64,000 nucleotides of DNA from Candidatus Aenigmatarchaeota archaeon (GTDB lineage: Archaea > Aenigmatarchaeota > Aenigmatarchaeia > JACPZZ01), in the NCBI GenBank assembly GCA_043801595.1, contig JAZDLW010000021.1:12616-76615 (forward strand), given 5' to 3'. A program made the translations under genes and the position numbers. Positions 25,599 through 33,753 of the stretch are shown piece after piece (the first letter of the stretch is position 1; each line of letters begins with the position of its first letter). The notes beneath the pieces are model-generated. The model worked only from the letters and a program-made list of their open reading frames with translations. It had not been told where the DNA came from and ran no database searches.

Positions 25599-25737
25599 AC
25601 TTCTTAGAACAACGGGAAGCCCTGCTTTCAACGAAAACCACAAGGTTTCAACGGAAACCATCGGTTTCCGTGCATGGGGAAAACGAGTTTCCCTATGCCG
25701 TGCAAAGGAAACGGTGCGTTTCCTTTGAGAAGTTTAT
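25599..25737 (+). repeat. Copy B (composite) of the GGAAAsC/GsTTTCC hairpin-repeat family, bracketed by a 9-bp inverted repeat
   Basis: It fills the whole convergent spacer. TAAACTTCT...AGAAGTTTA bracket the hairpins GGTTTC-aacg-GAAACC, ACGGAAACC-atc-GGTTTCCGT and GGAAACG-gtg-CGTTTCC. Confidence 0.65.
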
Positions 25738-26895
25738 CTAAATGAGTTTCAGCAATGTTGGCCCGAATATGCTGAACAGGAACAACGCAAATATCACGAC
25801 AGTCGCGATATTGGCAGCGCTTTTCGCGTGTTTTGGCGAAACGTACTCGAAAAGCGTTTCAAATATCAATCCGCCGTCAAACGGTTTCCAAGGTAACAGA
25901 TTAACGAGCGCGATCGCCAGCGCAAAATAAATCAGCATTGACACATAACTGAACACTGCCGATACGGAACTTATACCAAGGTAATTTGTCTTTGTGATAA
26001 CCGGTCCTGCTGTTGTAACGCCTATGAACGGCTTGGAAAAATTCTGCGAGCTGCGCGCAAGCGACAGCGCAAACGTGGCGTTTTCTGTTGTTATTGTTAT
26101 GTTATCGCCCGGTTTAGATCCGGAAAGCGCATCGCCTATCGGGTTTCGCGAATTCTTGTCAAGCGCAATGCCGTTGATACCGAGTATTGTCATGTTGGGT
26201 GCTATTCCCGCAAACCTGGCTGGCGAATCTTCGGTAGTATTGTACACTTTCATGCCTACGCCGGCAATAACCAGCGGCTGGAAGATGAAATTTAACATTG
26301 CGAACAGTACGACCGCAGTGAGTATGTTCGCAAACGCGCCGGCGGAATACACTTTTAACCTGTCCAATTTCTTTGCCCTGGCGAGTATTTTCTCGTTTGG
26401 TTCAACAAACGCGCCCGGAAAGATCAGCAACAAAAGCAATCCGACGGATTTCAAAGGAACTTTTACAGTCCTTGCGAGTATGCCATGAAATACCTCGTGC
26501 GGGACCAGCAGAATTGTTATCAGTATAAGCCAAAACCAAAGCGGAAGGAAAAAGACCAAACCGCCAAAACCTATCTGCTGTTCCGAGGAAAGCGATGGAA
26601 GCATTACCGCAACCGCCGGAGTTTTCTGTTCGCCGGATAGAACTGTTCCGGATACGACTGCCATGAGTACGGCGCCAGCAACCATGAACAAAATCGCGGT
26701 CGGAATCGCCAAAAGCCCGACAAAGTTCCAAAATTTCGGGGCTGATTTGGCAATGGAATTTATGAGCCTGATGCCCCTTTTTGTCCTTCTGAGAAGCAGG
26801 ATGTTTTTAAATTCTATGTTCTTCCTGTCAGTGTAAACGAGTATTGCCATGATAACGAAGAACGCGATTGCGGACGAAGTGAGCAGGTCGATCAT
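25738..26895 (-). CDS. Site-2 protease family (M50) intramembrane metalloprotease with PDZ-like insert
   Basis: HEVFHGILAR (HExxH) lies within a TM helix. The second motif is VNLLPWKPFDGG. Confidence 0.85.
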   Translation of the reverse strand: MIDLLTSSAIAFFVIMAILVYTDRKNIEFKNILLLRRTKRGIRLINSIAKSAPKFWNFVGLLAIPTAILFMVAGAVLMAVVSGTVLSGEQKTPAVAVMLPSLSSEQQIGFGGLVFFLPLWFWLILITILLVPHEVFHGILARTVKVPLKSVGLLLLLIFPGAFVEPNEKILARAKKLDRLKVYSAGAFANILTAVVLFAMLNFIFQPLVIAGVGMKVYNTTEDSPARFAGIAPNMTILGINGIALDKNSRNPIGDALSGSKPGDNITITTENATFALSLARSSQNFSKPFIGVTTAGPVITKTNYLGISSVSAVFSYVSMLIYFALAIALVNLLPWKPFDGGLIFETLFEYVSPKHAKSAANIATVVIFALFLFSIFGPTLLKLI

Positions 26896-26957
26896 ACCTT
26901 ATAACTAAGGATGATTTATTTAAATAACGAGCATGCTTTGATTAAATTGGTGCGTAT

Positions 26958-28583
26958 ATGTTAAAGGAAAAATCGCTGTTCTGGGCAGACCAATTCGCTG
27001 CAAAGGTCGTAAACAGGGAAGAAATACTGCAACGCGGAATAAAAAACCTGCGCGTCGAGTCGGGTTTGGGGGCGAGCGGGATACCGCACATAGGAAGCTT
27101 CGGCGATGTGATGCGGGCGTATGCTGTCAAGCTTGCACTGGAGGATATAGGAAAGAAATCCGAATTAATCGCGTATTCCGACGACCGTGATGGATTGCGA
27201 AAAGTTCCGTCTGGTTTTGACAGTTCGCTTGAAAAGTTTATAGGAATGCCTGTCACAAGCATACCTGATCCGTTCAAATGCCACAGTTCATACGGCGGGC
27301 ACATGAGCTCGATACTCATTGATGCTATGGAGCGGGTTGGAGTAGAATACACGTTCAAATCCGCCACAGACGTTTACAAGAGCGGCGCTCTCGACGAGCA
27401 AATCGGCAAGATACTCGCGGACTACAAAAAAATCGGGCAAATAATCCGTGAAGCAGTCGGGCAGGAAAAATTCGTAGACGCGTATCCATACTATCCAGTG
27501 TGCGAGAAATGCGGACGGATCTACACAACGCGCGTCACGGAAGTTTTAGAAAAGGAGAAAAAAGTAAGATACGTTTGCGACCAGGAGTTCAAGGGAAAAA
27601 ACCAGATAACAGGCAATCCCGTGATCATAGCAGGATGCGGGCACGAAGGTGAAGTTTCTTATTCAAAAGCCGGCGGCAAGCTTGCCTGGAAAGTCGAATT
27701 CGCGGCGCGATGGGACGCATTAAAGATTGTCTTCGAGGCGATAGGCAAGGATATCCGCGATTCTGTTGCGATAAACGACATAATAAGCAAAGAAATATTG
27801 CTGTTCGATCCGCCTATCCACATGATGTACGAGCTCTTCCTCGAAAGCGGGGGCAAGAAGATATCGAAATCCGTCGGCAATGTTTTCACAGCCCAGGACT
27901 GGCTGAGGTACGGATCTAAAAAATCGCTCGCATTGCTGATGTTCAAACGCGCGACCGGAACCAGAGAACTGTCCCCGGAGGATATTCCGAAATACATGAA
28001 CGAAGTTGATGAGTTAGACAGAGTCTACTTCAACGAGAAGAAATTAACGAATGAAAAAGACGCCATGCAATCGAAAAGGCTTTACGAATTCGTGAATTTC
28101 ATGAAACCCAAAAAAGAACCAACTCTTCGGATAAATTATGAAATACTCGCCAACCTTACAAAGATACTTCCGATAAAACAAGACGACAAGATAAAGGTGA
28201 TTGCGGAACTGCTCGAACAGACCGGCCACATAGACAAGGCGAACAAAGAACTGGCTGAGAGAATCGTTTACGCAACGAATTGGATAAGCGTGATGAAAGA
28301 CGAGATAAAACCAACGAAAATAGACCTAAACGCAAAAGAAGGGGCGGCGTTAACCGAATTCGCCAACAAACTTGCAAAGGGAATGGGTTCGGATGCTGCA
28401 CAGAGTTTGGCATTTGAAACTGCCAAGAAAAACGGGATAGAGACAGCAAAATTTTTCAAAATCCTTTACGTTGCGATACTAGGAATAGAACGGGGGCCGA
28501 AGATTGGAAAGTTAACGAGCATACTCGGCGAAGACCATACGGCCAAATTAATCAGGGAATATGCAGCTAACAACTACATGTAG
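26958..28583 (+). CDS. lysS: Lysyl-tRNA synthetase, class I
   Basis: GIPHIGSFGDV (HIGH-like) and KISKSVGN (KMSKS-like). The overall length and order match class I LysRS. Confidence 0.9.
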   Translation: MLKEKSLFWADQFAAKVVNREEILQRGIKNLRVESGLGASGIPHIGSFGDVMRAYAVKLALEDIGKKSELIAYSDDRDGLRKVPSGFDSSLEKFIGMPVTSIPDPFKCHSSYGGHMSSILIDAMERVGVEYTFKSATDVYKSGALDEQIGKILADYKKIGQIIREAVGQEKFVDAYPYYPVCEKCGRIYTTRVTEVLEKEKKVRYVCDQEFKGKNQITGNPVIIAGCGHEGEVSYSKAGGKLAWKVEFAARWDALKIVFEAIGKDIRDSVAINDIISKEILLFDPPIHMMYELFLESGGKKISKSVGNVFTAQDWLRYGSKKSLALLMFKRATGTRELSPEDIPKYMNEVDELDRVYFNEKKLTNEKDAMQSKRLYEFVNFMKPKKEPTLRINYEILANLTKILPIKQDDKIKVIAELLEQTGHIDKANKELAERIVYATNWISVMKDEIKPTKIDLNAKEGAALTEFANKLAKGMGSDAAQSLAFETAKKNGIETAKFFKILYVAILGIERGPKIGKLTSILGEDHTAKLIREYAANNYM

Positions 28584-29194
28584 CGTTTTTCCCATTCGCG
28601 CATAATTTCCTCGCTTATTTCTATTTTGTATTTTCTTTCCGGATTTTCGGCGAATTTTCTAAGAAATATTATTGTATAAACGATGCCGAATAACATTCCG
28701 AAAAGATGGCCGGCATTCGCAATATCCGACGGAATAAAAAAACCTATCATATCCGCGGCTGCCCAGACGAATAACGCAACAATCATCGGCATCGGAATAT
28801 ATCCGACCCAGACAACGAGTCTCGGTCGCAGCAAAGCCAGCGACGCCATTGCACCGAATATCGCGCCTGACGCGCCGATAACGGAATTGTAAAAGAAAAC
28901 GCTGGCGAGCCCGCTTACAAATCCGGAAGCGAAATAAACTTTCAGAAAATTCTTTGATCCTATTGTCTTCTCGAGTATCAGACAAAAAACAAGCAGAGCG
29001 AACATGTTTGAAATGAAATGCTGCAGGTTCGCATGCAAAAACATGTACGTGACAAGCGTCCAGGGACGCTGCAACACCAGCTGCGAATCCAACGAGAACA
29101 GATCCGTGAACGACGGGAACAAATTCTGGATAATGAAAACGATCGAACAAACCGCGAATATCTTTACCGCGTCAAACTTGAATTCAGGTTCCAT
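28574..29194 (-). CDS. Rhomboid family intramembrane serine protease
   Basis: FLHANLQHFISNM (H..N), the catalytic GASGAIFG and a downstream AGHLFG. Confidence 0.85.
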   Translation of the reverse strand: MEPEFKFDAVKIFAVCSIVFIIQNLFPSFTDLFSLDSQLVLQRPWTLVTYMFLHANLQHFISNMFALLVFCLILEKTIGSKNFLKVYFASGFVSGLASVFFYNSVIGASGAIFGAMASLALLRPRLVVWVGYIPMPMIVALFVWAAADMIGFFIPSDIANAGHLFGMLFGIVYTIIFLRKFAENPERKYKIEISEEIMREWEKRYM

Positions 29195-29223
29195 AACAAA
29201 ATATCGATTACTCGAAATTTAAC

Positions 29224-30075
29224 CTAGAATATCACTATCAGCGCGCTTCCTGCGATCATCAGAACAGCGCCGGCCAGACGAATACCCAGATCTTTTTCCT
29301 TGTGGACAAAATAACCGCCGAACACAGCTATCACAGTGGACAGTTGAAGCACGGGAAACACATTACTGACGTCTGTGATCAGATACGCGGATAATTGGAA
29401 ATAATATGACAATACGGTGATAACAGAAACTACAATCACCCAAAACATCTTTCTAGAAACCAAGCTTTTTATCTCTTTTTTATTTTTCAATGCCATAGGG
29501 GTTAGATAAACCGCAGGCACAAAATACATTAAAAATCCGTATAATGCGGGCAGAAAATACGCTACGGCAACTTTATCGACGACTGCAACGAACCCGCTTA
29601 AAATCGCTGTGAGTAATGTCAATCTTACGCCTTCATGCAAGAGCTTCCCGAATATTTTTCCTTTATGGAACGTCAGGATTACCAAGCCTGAAAATATGAC
29701 CAACACTCCTGCCAGTTTTGTTACGCTCATAGGCTCCTGCAGAATCAACGCGGAAAACAACAACAAAAATAAAACGTCCGTCCTTGCAATAGGATCTCTA
29801 AGCGAAACCTGCGTGTAACGGTAAGATTTGAATCCCACCACACCGATAACGGTCCAAACAAAAGCAGCGAACAGCATCAACGCCCATGCATAAGGATCAC
29901 TTGGAATCTTGATTCCGGTAACCAGCATAGGCAGGTAAAATATTCCGGCAATCAGACTGAAAAGCCATGTGTAGGCTACATGACCTTCTTTCTTCATCAC
30001 GTGTCTGTGAATTAATCTTTCAATCCCCAGTAAAAAAGCCGCAACCAATGCGAAAATTACCCAGTCAGCGACCAT
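29224..30075 (-). CDS. EamA/DMT family transporter
   Basis: About 10 TM segments arranged as two EamA-like halves. Confidence 0.65.
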   Translation of the reverse strand: MVADWVIFALVAAFLLGIERLIHRHVMKKEGHVAYTWLFSLIAGIFYLPMLVTGIKIPSDPYAWALMLFAAFVWTVIGVVGFKSYRYTQVSLRDPIARTDVLFLLLFSALILQEPMSVTKLAGVLVIFSGLVILTFHKGKIFGKLLHEGVRLTLLTAILSGFVAVVDKVAVAYFLPALYGFLMYFVPAVYLTPMALKNKKEIKSLVSRKMFWVIVVSVITVLSYYFQLSAYLITDVSNVFPVLQLSTVIAVFGGYFVHKEKDLGIRLAGAVLMIAGSALIVIF

Positions 30076-30077
30076 TG

Positions 30078-30665
30078 TTATCCACGCGTAACCTTGAACA
30101 TGATTCCATGGCCGGGAATGACGAAATCCGCGATTTCCAAAACTTTTTTCCTGCTTTCTAGCAATGCAGCCTCGTCCTTAACATACGGATCCTTGCGGTT
30201 AATCAGGCTGTCGTAATCGGTTTTTTGTTCTTCATTGTCGTACCACCACCACAAATCGCCGGCTATGACTATTTTTCCTTCGATTGTTTCGACCAGCAGG
30301 GATGCATGCTCGTGGGCGTGGCCGGGCGTTTGCATTACGGTTATGTCCGTGTCCGGAATCTTTTCAGAAAAGGGAAATTCCTCGTCGCCCTTGTAGATCG
30401 TATCGTTGTCCAGCACCATTTTTTCTGGGAACAGCTTCAAATTGAGAATATGGTCCAGATGATAATGCGTTAAGAAAATCATGTCAATGTCCTCGGGTTT
30501 TAATTTGGCATCAGCCAACGATTCGAGAAGCGAAGTTTTATTGGCGCCAGGATCTGCGATAATCTTCAGACCGTTGTCGATTATCAGTACGGTGGACGGC
30601 GACGCGATTGTAACGCTGCCTTCCTTTCTTGCGTAACCCTTTACCAGAACTTTTATCTCTGCCAT
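30078..30665 (-). CDS. MBL-fold metallo-hydrolase
   Basis: LTHYHLDH (HxHxDH), TPGHAHEH and a C-terminal PGHG. Confidence 0.8.
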   Translation of the reverse strand: MAEIKVLVKGYARKEGSVTIASPSTVLIIDNGLKIIADPGANKTSLLESLADAKLKPEDIDMIFLTHYHLDHILNLKLFPEKMVLDNDTIYKGDEEFPFSEKIPDTDITVMQTPGHAHEHASLLVETIEGKIVIAGDLWWWYDNEEQKTDYDSLINRKDPYVKDEAALLESRKKVLEIADFVIPGHGIMFKVTRG

Positions 30666-30752
30666 TGGCGCCCAATTAATATTAACGAAACCAAGCTTAA
30701 TATGACGCTTCCCGTGATAGCTACTGTTGTCTTAGTTGTTAAGAAAAATTAA

Positions 30753-30887
30753 TGCGGGAGGTGAGATTTGAACTCACGAAGAGACTAATGTGCGGCCGTT
30801 TCTTTCCCTTAAGGCTTTCTTCGGAAAGAAAGGCTTACTCACAGACCCCTCAAGCCTGCGCATTTAACCGAGCTTTGCTACCCCCGC
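30753..30887 (-). tRNA. tRNA-Leu (anticodon GAG) carrying a roughly 45-50 nt insertion 3' of the anticodon arm
   Basis: Minus-strand fold. Acceptor GCGGGGG/CTCCCGC, anticodon arm CAGGC-TTGAGGG-GTCTG, T arm GTGAG-TTCAAAT-CTCAC. 63 nt lie between the anticodon stem and the T stem, against about 13-17 expected. Confidence 0.7.
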
Positions 30888-30898
30888 GATTACAGACA

Positions 30899-30940
30899 AA
30901 ACAGGTGCTATTTTGTATGCACCTGTTTCAATTTACCACT
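30899..30940 (+). repeat. Hairpin unit 1 of a duplicated hairpin-plus-tail motif
   Basis: AAACAGGTGC-tattttgtat-GCACCTGTTT, then TTCAATTTAccact. Confidence 0.6.
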
Positions 30941-30984
30941 CCTCCCTATTTTGCAGTCATGCTTTAAGAATGTATTCCAGACTA

Positions 30985-31027
30985 AAGCGGATGCTATTTT
31001 GTATGGCATCTGCTTCAATTTATGACT
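30985..31027 (+). repeat. Hairpin unit 2 of a duplicated hairpin-plus-tail motif
   Basis: AAGCGGATGC-tattttgtatg-GCATCTGCTT, then TTCAATTTAtgact. The stem differs from unit 1 by compensatory changes. Confidence 0.6.
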
Positions 31028-31073
31028 ATGCCTAAGCAAGTAAAAAATAAAAAAGAAAAAGATTTTTATGAAC

Positions 31074-31244
31074 CTAAAGGTCTACTGGCCTCAACGTCGA
31101 ACGACCGTTTCCCTTTGCCCTTTCAGAAGCTTTTTTGATCTTGCCTGCGACAACATTGTCGAGAGCTTCGAAGAAATCACCAGAGCATCTCATGCCCTTT
31201 GCTGCTTCCTTCACTTTGCTACGAACAACCAACGCCATTTTCAT
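31074..31244 (-). CDS. Small histone-fold-like protein (DUF1931-like), 56 aa, below the ORF-track cutoff
   Basis: Hand translation gives MKMALVVRSKVKEAAKGMRCSGDFFEALDNVVAGKIKKASERAKGNGRSTLRPVDL. A GGGGGTGA Shine-Dalgarno-like box lies 2 nt upstream (31247-31254). Confidence 0.6.
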   Translation of the reverse strand: MKMALVVRSKVKEAAKGMRCSGDFFEALDNVVAGKIKKASERAKGNGRSTLRPVDL

Positions 31245-31300
31245 CGTCACCCCCGGATTTATGGACTTTCATTAACCGCGTTTCATGGCAAATTATCGAA

Positions 31301-31352
31301 TTTTCCATGCACGGAAAGCAAAAGCTTTCCGTTGCTACGGGCTAAAACCCGT
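31301..31352 (-). repeat. Copy C of the GGAAAsC/GsTTTCC hairpin family plus an adjacent second hairpin
   Basis: On the minus strand, gcaACGGAAAGC-tttt-GCTTTCCGTgcatggaaaa matches tcaACGGAAACC-atc-GGTTTCCGTgcatggggaaaa at 25650-25683. An ACGGG-N6-CCCGT hairpin lies next to it. Confidence 0.6.
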
Positions 31353-31490
31353 AAATTTTGGCTATTCATTATATGATTTTTGTTTATAAATGTATTGGAT
31401 CATCCAGCTGCAAATGCTTGCCAAGCCAACGGCTACGAACAAAGTATCAAATAATTAAATTGATTTGTTCCGCCTGAAAATACCCGACAA

Positions 31491-32621
31491 TCAAAACCAG
31501 CCGATACTGTAAATCGCCTCTCCCAAACCATTCCTGCTAACAAGAGACACCCAGTCAACGAACATCTTATTCCTGATCACAACAACTCCGCTATTGGGAA
31601 AATTCGTTGTGACATCATTGTTATATTCGGTTATACTGACCGTATTATTATCAAACGGCTGGGATATGACCATGCCCCCCAAGGAGACGTTCTCGAGTAT
31701 CAAGCGGCCGTTATACCTGACTGCAACGGAATATACCCATTCATTGCTTGTTTCATTAAAGTACCGTTCTGTCCTGTCTTCGTTTATACCGATTTCGACT
31801 GCTTGCCCGACCACAACTGACGGATGATGCAAATTCGGATTTGTTACCATCTGCGGCGGAAGCGCAACCATCAAAACCACAGGCAAAATAAGAATCGCAG
31901 CACACGTCTTTGCTGTAAAAATCTTCGCCATTATCTTCTCTATCTTCTTGATACCGGACAATGCGCTACAAAGCAACATGACAACGCCCGAGAACATCAC
32001 AGTGGAATAAAACATCCAGTATACGTCATAACCCAACGGACCGAAGTACGGCGGGTTTTTCATGGCTTCGGTAAAAACCTGGGAAAAATGTATCGGCGAC
32101 ATTTGACCGCCAATTGCCGGAAACCAGAAATACCACAGCACAAGGAAAAACAACGACGCGATTAAATTCCGTTTTTCCTTCAGCATGTAGACAGATAAAG
32201 CGATATACGGAATTAACACAATCAATCCGAAAAGCATGAGAGGACTGTGTGAAAACACAAGCAGCCCGATTGCCAGAAGCGTTGCGATCCCGTAAATTTT
32301 ACGTGCCTGCTGTTCCCATTTTGGCAGCAACGATGCGGGCTTCTTTTTGTGGGGAGACGCGATGTATACGAAGATACCGGACAACAATAGAGCTGGCGAG
32401 GCCGCGAAGCATAGCGCCTGACCAATCTGATATTGGATGCTCTCGACCGGATTGAGAAGTGTATTCGCGAGGAAGAGTCCGCTTAGAACGAACAATATCG
32501 GAACCGCAATAAATATAGCGGCAGCCTTTCGTCTGGTGAATTTTCCATCCTTCCTAGCTTTGATGAGCGCTATGAGTATCAGTGCGACTGCGATGATCGA
32601 AAATAACGGCCACAGCTCCAC
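31491..32621 (-). CDS. Polytopic membrane protein with C-terminal extracytoplasmic domain, unknown function
   Basis: About 8 TM helices followed by a roughly 110-aa soluble tail. No motif recognised. Confidence 0.5.
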   Translation of the reverse strand: MELWPLFSIIAVALILIALIKARKDGKFTRRKAAAIFIAVPILFVLSGLFLANTLLNPVESIQYQIGQALCFAASPALLLSGIFVYIASPHKKKPASLLPKWEQQARKIYGIATLLAIGLLVFSHSPLMLFGLIVLIPYIALSVYMLKEKRNLIASLFFLVLWYFWFPAIGGQMSPIHFSQVFTEAMKNPPYFGPLGYDVYWMFYSTVMFSGVVMLLCSALSGIKKIEKIMAKIFTAKTCAAILILPVVLMVALPPQMVTNPNLHHPSVVVGQAVEIGINEDRTERYFNETSNEWVYSVAVRYNGRLILENVSLGGMVISQPFDNNTVSITEYNNDVTTNFPNSGVVVIRNKMFVDWVSLVSRNGLGEAIYSIGWF

Positions 32622-32643
32622 GATTATTATTCTATTTGCCTGA

Positions 32644-33492
32644 TTATAAAATCAAATAAAATTCACGGTTATGAAAATGTGCTCCCAACGGGATTTGAAC
32701 CCATGTTTTCGGCCTGAGAAGCCGTTGTCCTTGACCGGACTGGACGATGGGAGCGGTTTTATTCCCGCGAATAATTTCTATACCCTTTAGAAGTATATCA
32801 TTCTTTTTATAGCCATTGTATTTCTTGCTTCTGCACACTTTGACGCCTTCCGGACAGAACCCTCCCATATCATAGAATTTTTTGATGGTACTGGTGGATT
32901 TGGTCTCTAATCCATGAATTCCACTCCACGTATACCTATCCTTTTCGATTTTGAATTCCAAATCTATTGATTTTGCCAATTCGAGCCACTCCTTCGCCAA
33001 TAACGGATGAGCGCACGCCAGACCTAAGCGAGGCTCCCTGTCCCATAAGAGTGTTATGTAGCCATCACAACTCATGGCTATTCTGAAAAATAATTCCCTG
33101 ACTTCCCTAGAACAATCCATTACCGACTTTATGGTGGGTTTAGAAGACGACAGAAAATCTTCGGCGCTCTCATTTTTCTTGGGTTTCTTCCTGAAAGAAG
33201 GCGACAATTGAAAAAGTGTTTTAACTATCTCAGTTTTAGCCCATCGTTGATAACAAGTTGCGTTTACCGTGTTCCCGTAAGAAGCGAAATACCACGTGGG
33301 TTTTTCTATTCCAAAACCCTTCTTGGCGAACAGTACAAAAAGATCGTGTATACTTTTATCATATCCGCATATTCTTATCAAATAATGCTTTCTTTTCCTG
33401 ATGTACGATACCGAACCATCGGTCATTAGAAAACTTAGCAAAAGTATTTTCGCGTCATCTGAACACACGTCATATTCGTTAAAAGCATTCAT
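32644..33492 (-). CDS. Free-standing LAGLIDADG homing endonuclease (double-motif)
   Basis: Motifs LLLSFLMTDGSV and FFRIAMSCDGYI lie about 115 aa apart. AT-rich. The first in-frame stop lies beyond tRNA-Glu, so the last 36 codons overlap or flank the tRNA. ATG at 33492. Confidence 0.75.
   Translation of the reverse strand: MNAFNEYDVCSDDAKILLLSFLMTDGSVSYIRKRKHYLIRICGYDKSIHDLFVLFAKKGFGIEKPTWYFASYGNTVNATCYQRWAKTEIVKTLFQLSPSFRKKPKKNESAEDFLSSSKPTIKSVMDCSREVRELFFRIAMSCDGYITLLWDREPRLGLACAHPLLAKEWLELAKSIDLEFKIEKDRYTWSGIHGLETKSTSTIKKFYDMGGFCPEGVKVCRSKKYNGYKKNDILLKGIEIIRGNKTAPIVQSGQGQRLLRPKTWVQIPLGAHFHNREFYLIL
32680..32754 (-). tRNA. tRNA-Glu (anticodon CTC)
   Basis: Minus-strand fold. Acceptor GCTCCCA/TGGGAGC, D arm GTCC...GGAC, anticodon loop TTCTCAG, T arm ATGGG-TTCAAAT-CCCGT. 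75 nt. Confidence 0.8.
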
Positions 33493-33611
33493 CAGAACCA
33501 ACTAAAACTAACACATAACGATGTTTGGTTAAATAATATCCGTACTGTAATGTTCCGATAATAACCTCATAACCACTTTTTAAGCTAAAAATGCTCAATA
33601 TGTTTGCTGGA

Positions 33612-33701
33612 GGGGGGATGGTCCAGTCTGGTCTACGACGTAGCCTTGGGGTTTGTTTAGACAAAATGGCTATAACCCGTGTTCAAATCACGGTCCTCCC
33701 A
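33612..33701 (+). tRNA. tRNA-Pro (anticodon GGG) with a roughly 15-nt intron at the canonical 37/38 position
   Basis: Acceptor GGGGGGA/TCCTCCC. Anticodon stem TAGCC...GGCTA is interrupted after TTGGGG by tttgtttagacaaaa. T arm CCGTG-TTCAAAT-CACGG. Confidence 0.75.
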
Positions 33702-33753
33702 TCCAATAAAAATTCGTAGATATTAATAAATACCTAGCCAACAAAATATTATT

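Noticed and set aside
30899-31027. Possibility that the repeated hairpins form a mini-CRISPR array.
   Set aside because: There are only two full units, the units are not identical, the spacing is irregular, and no cas genes are in the window.
31068-31376. 102-aa plus-strand ORF from the track.
   Set aside because: It is antisense to a better-supported 56-aa histone-fold-like ORF that has a Shine-Dalgarno box. The plus-strand product has no motif, and its 3' part runs through the hairpin repeats.
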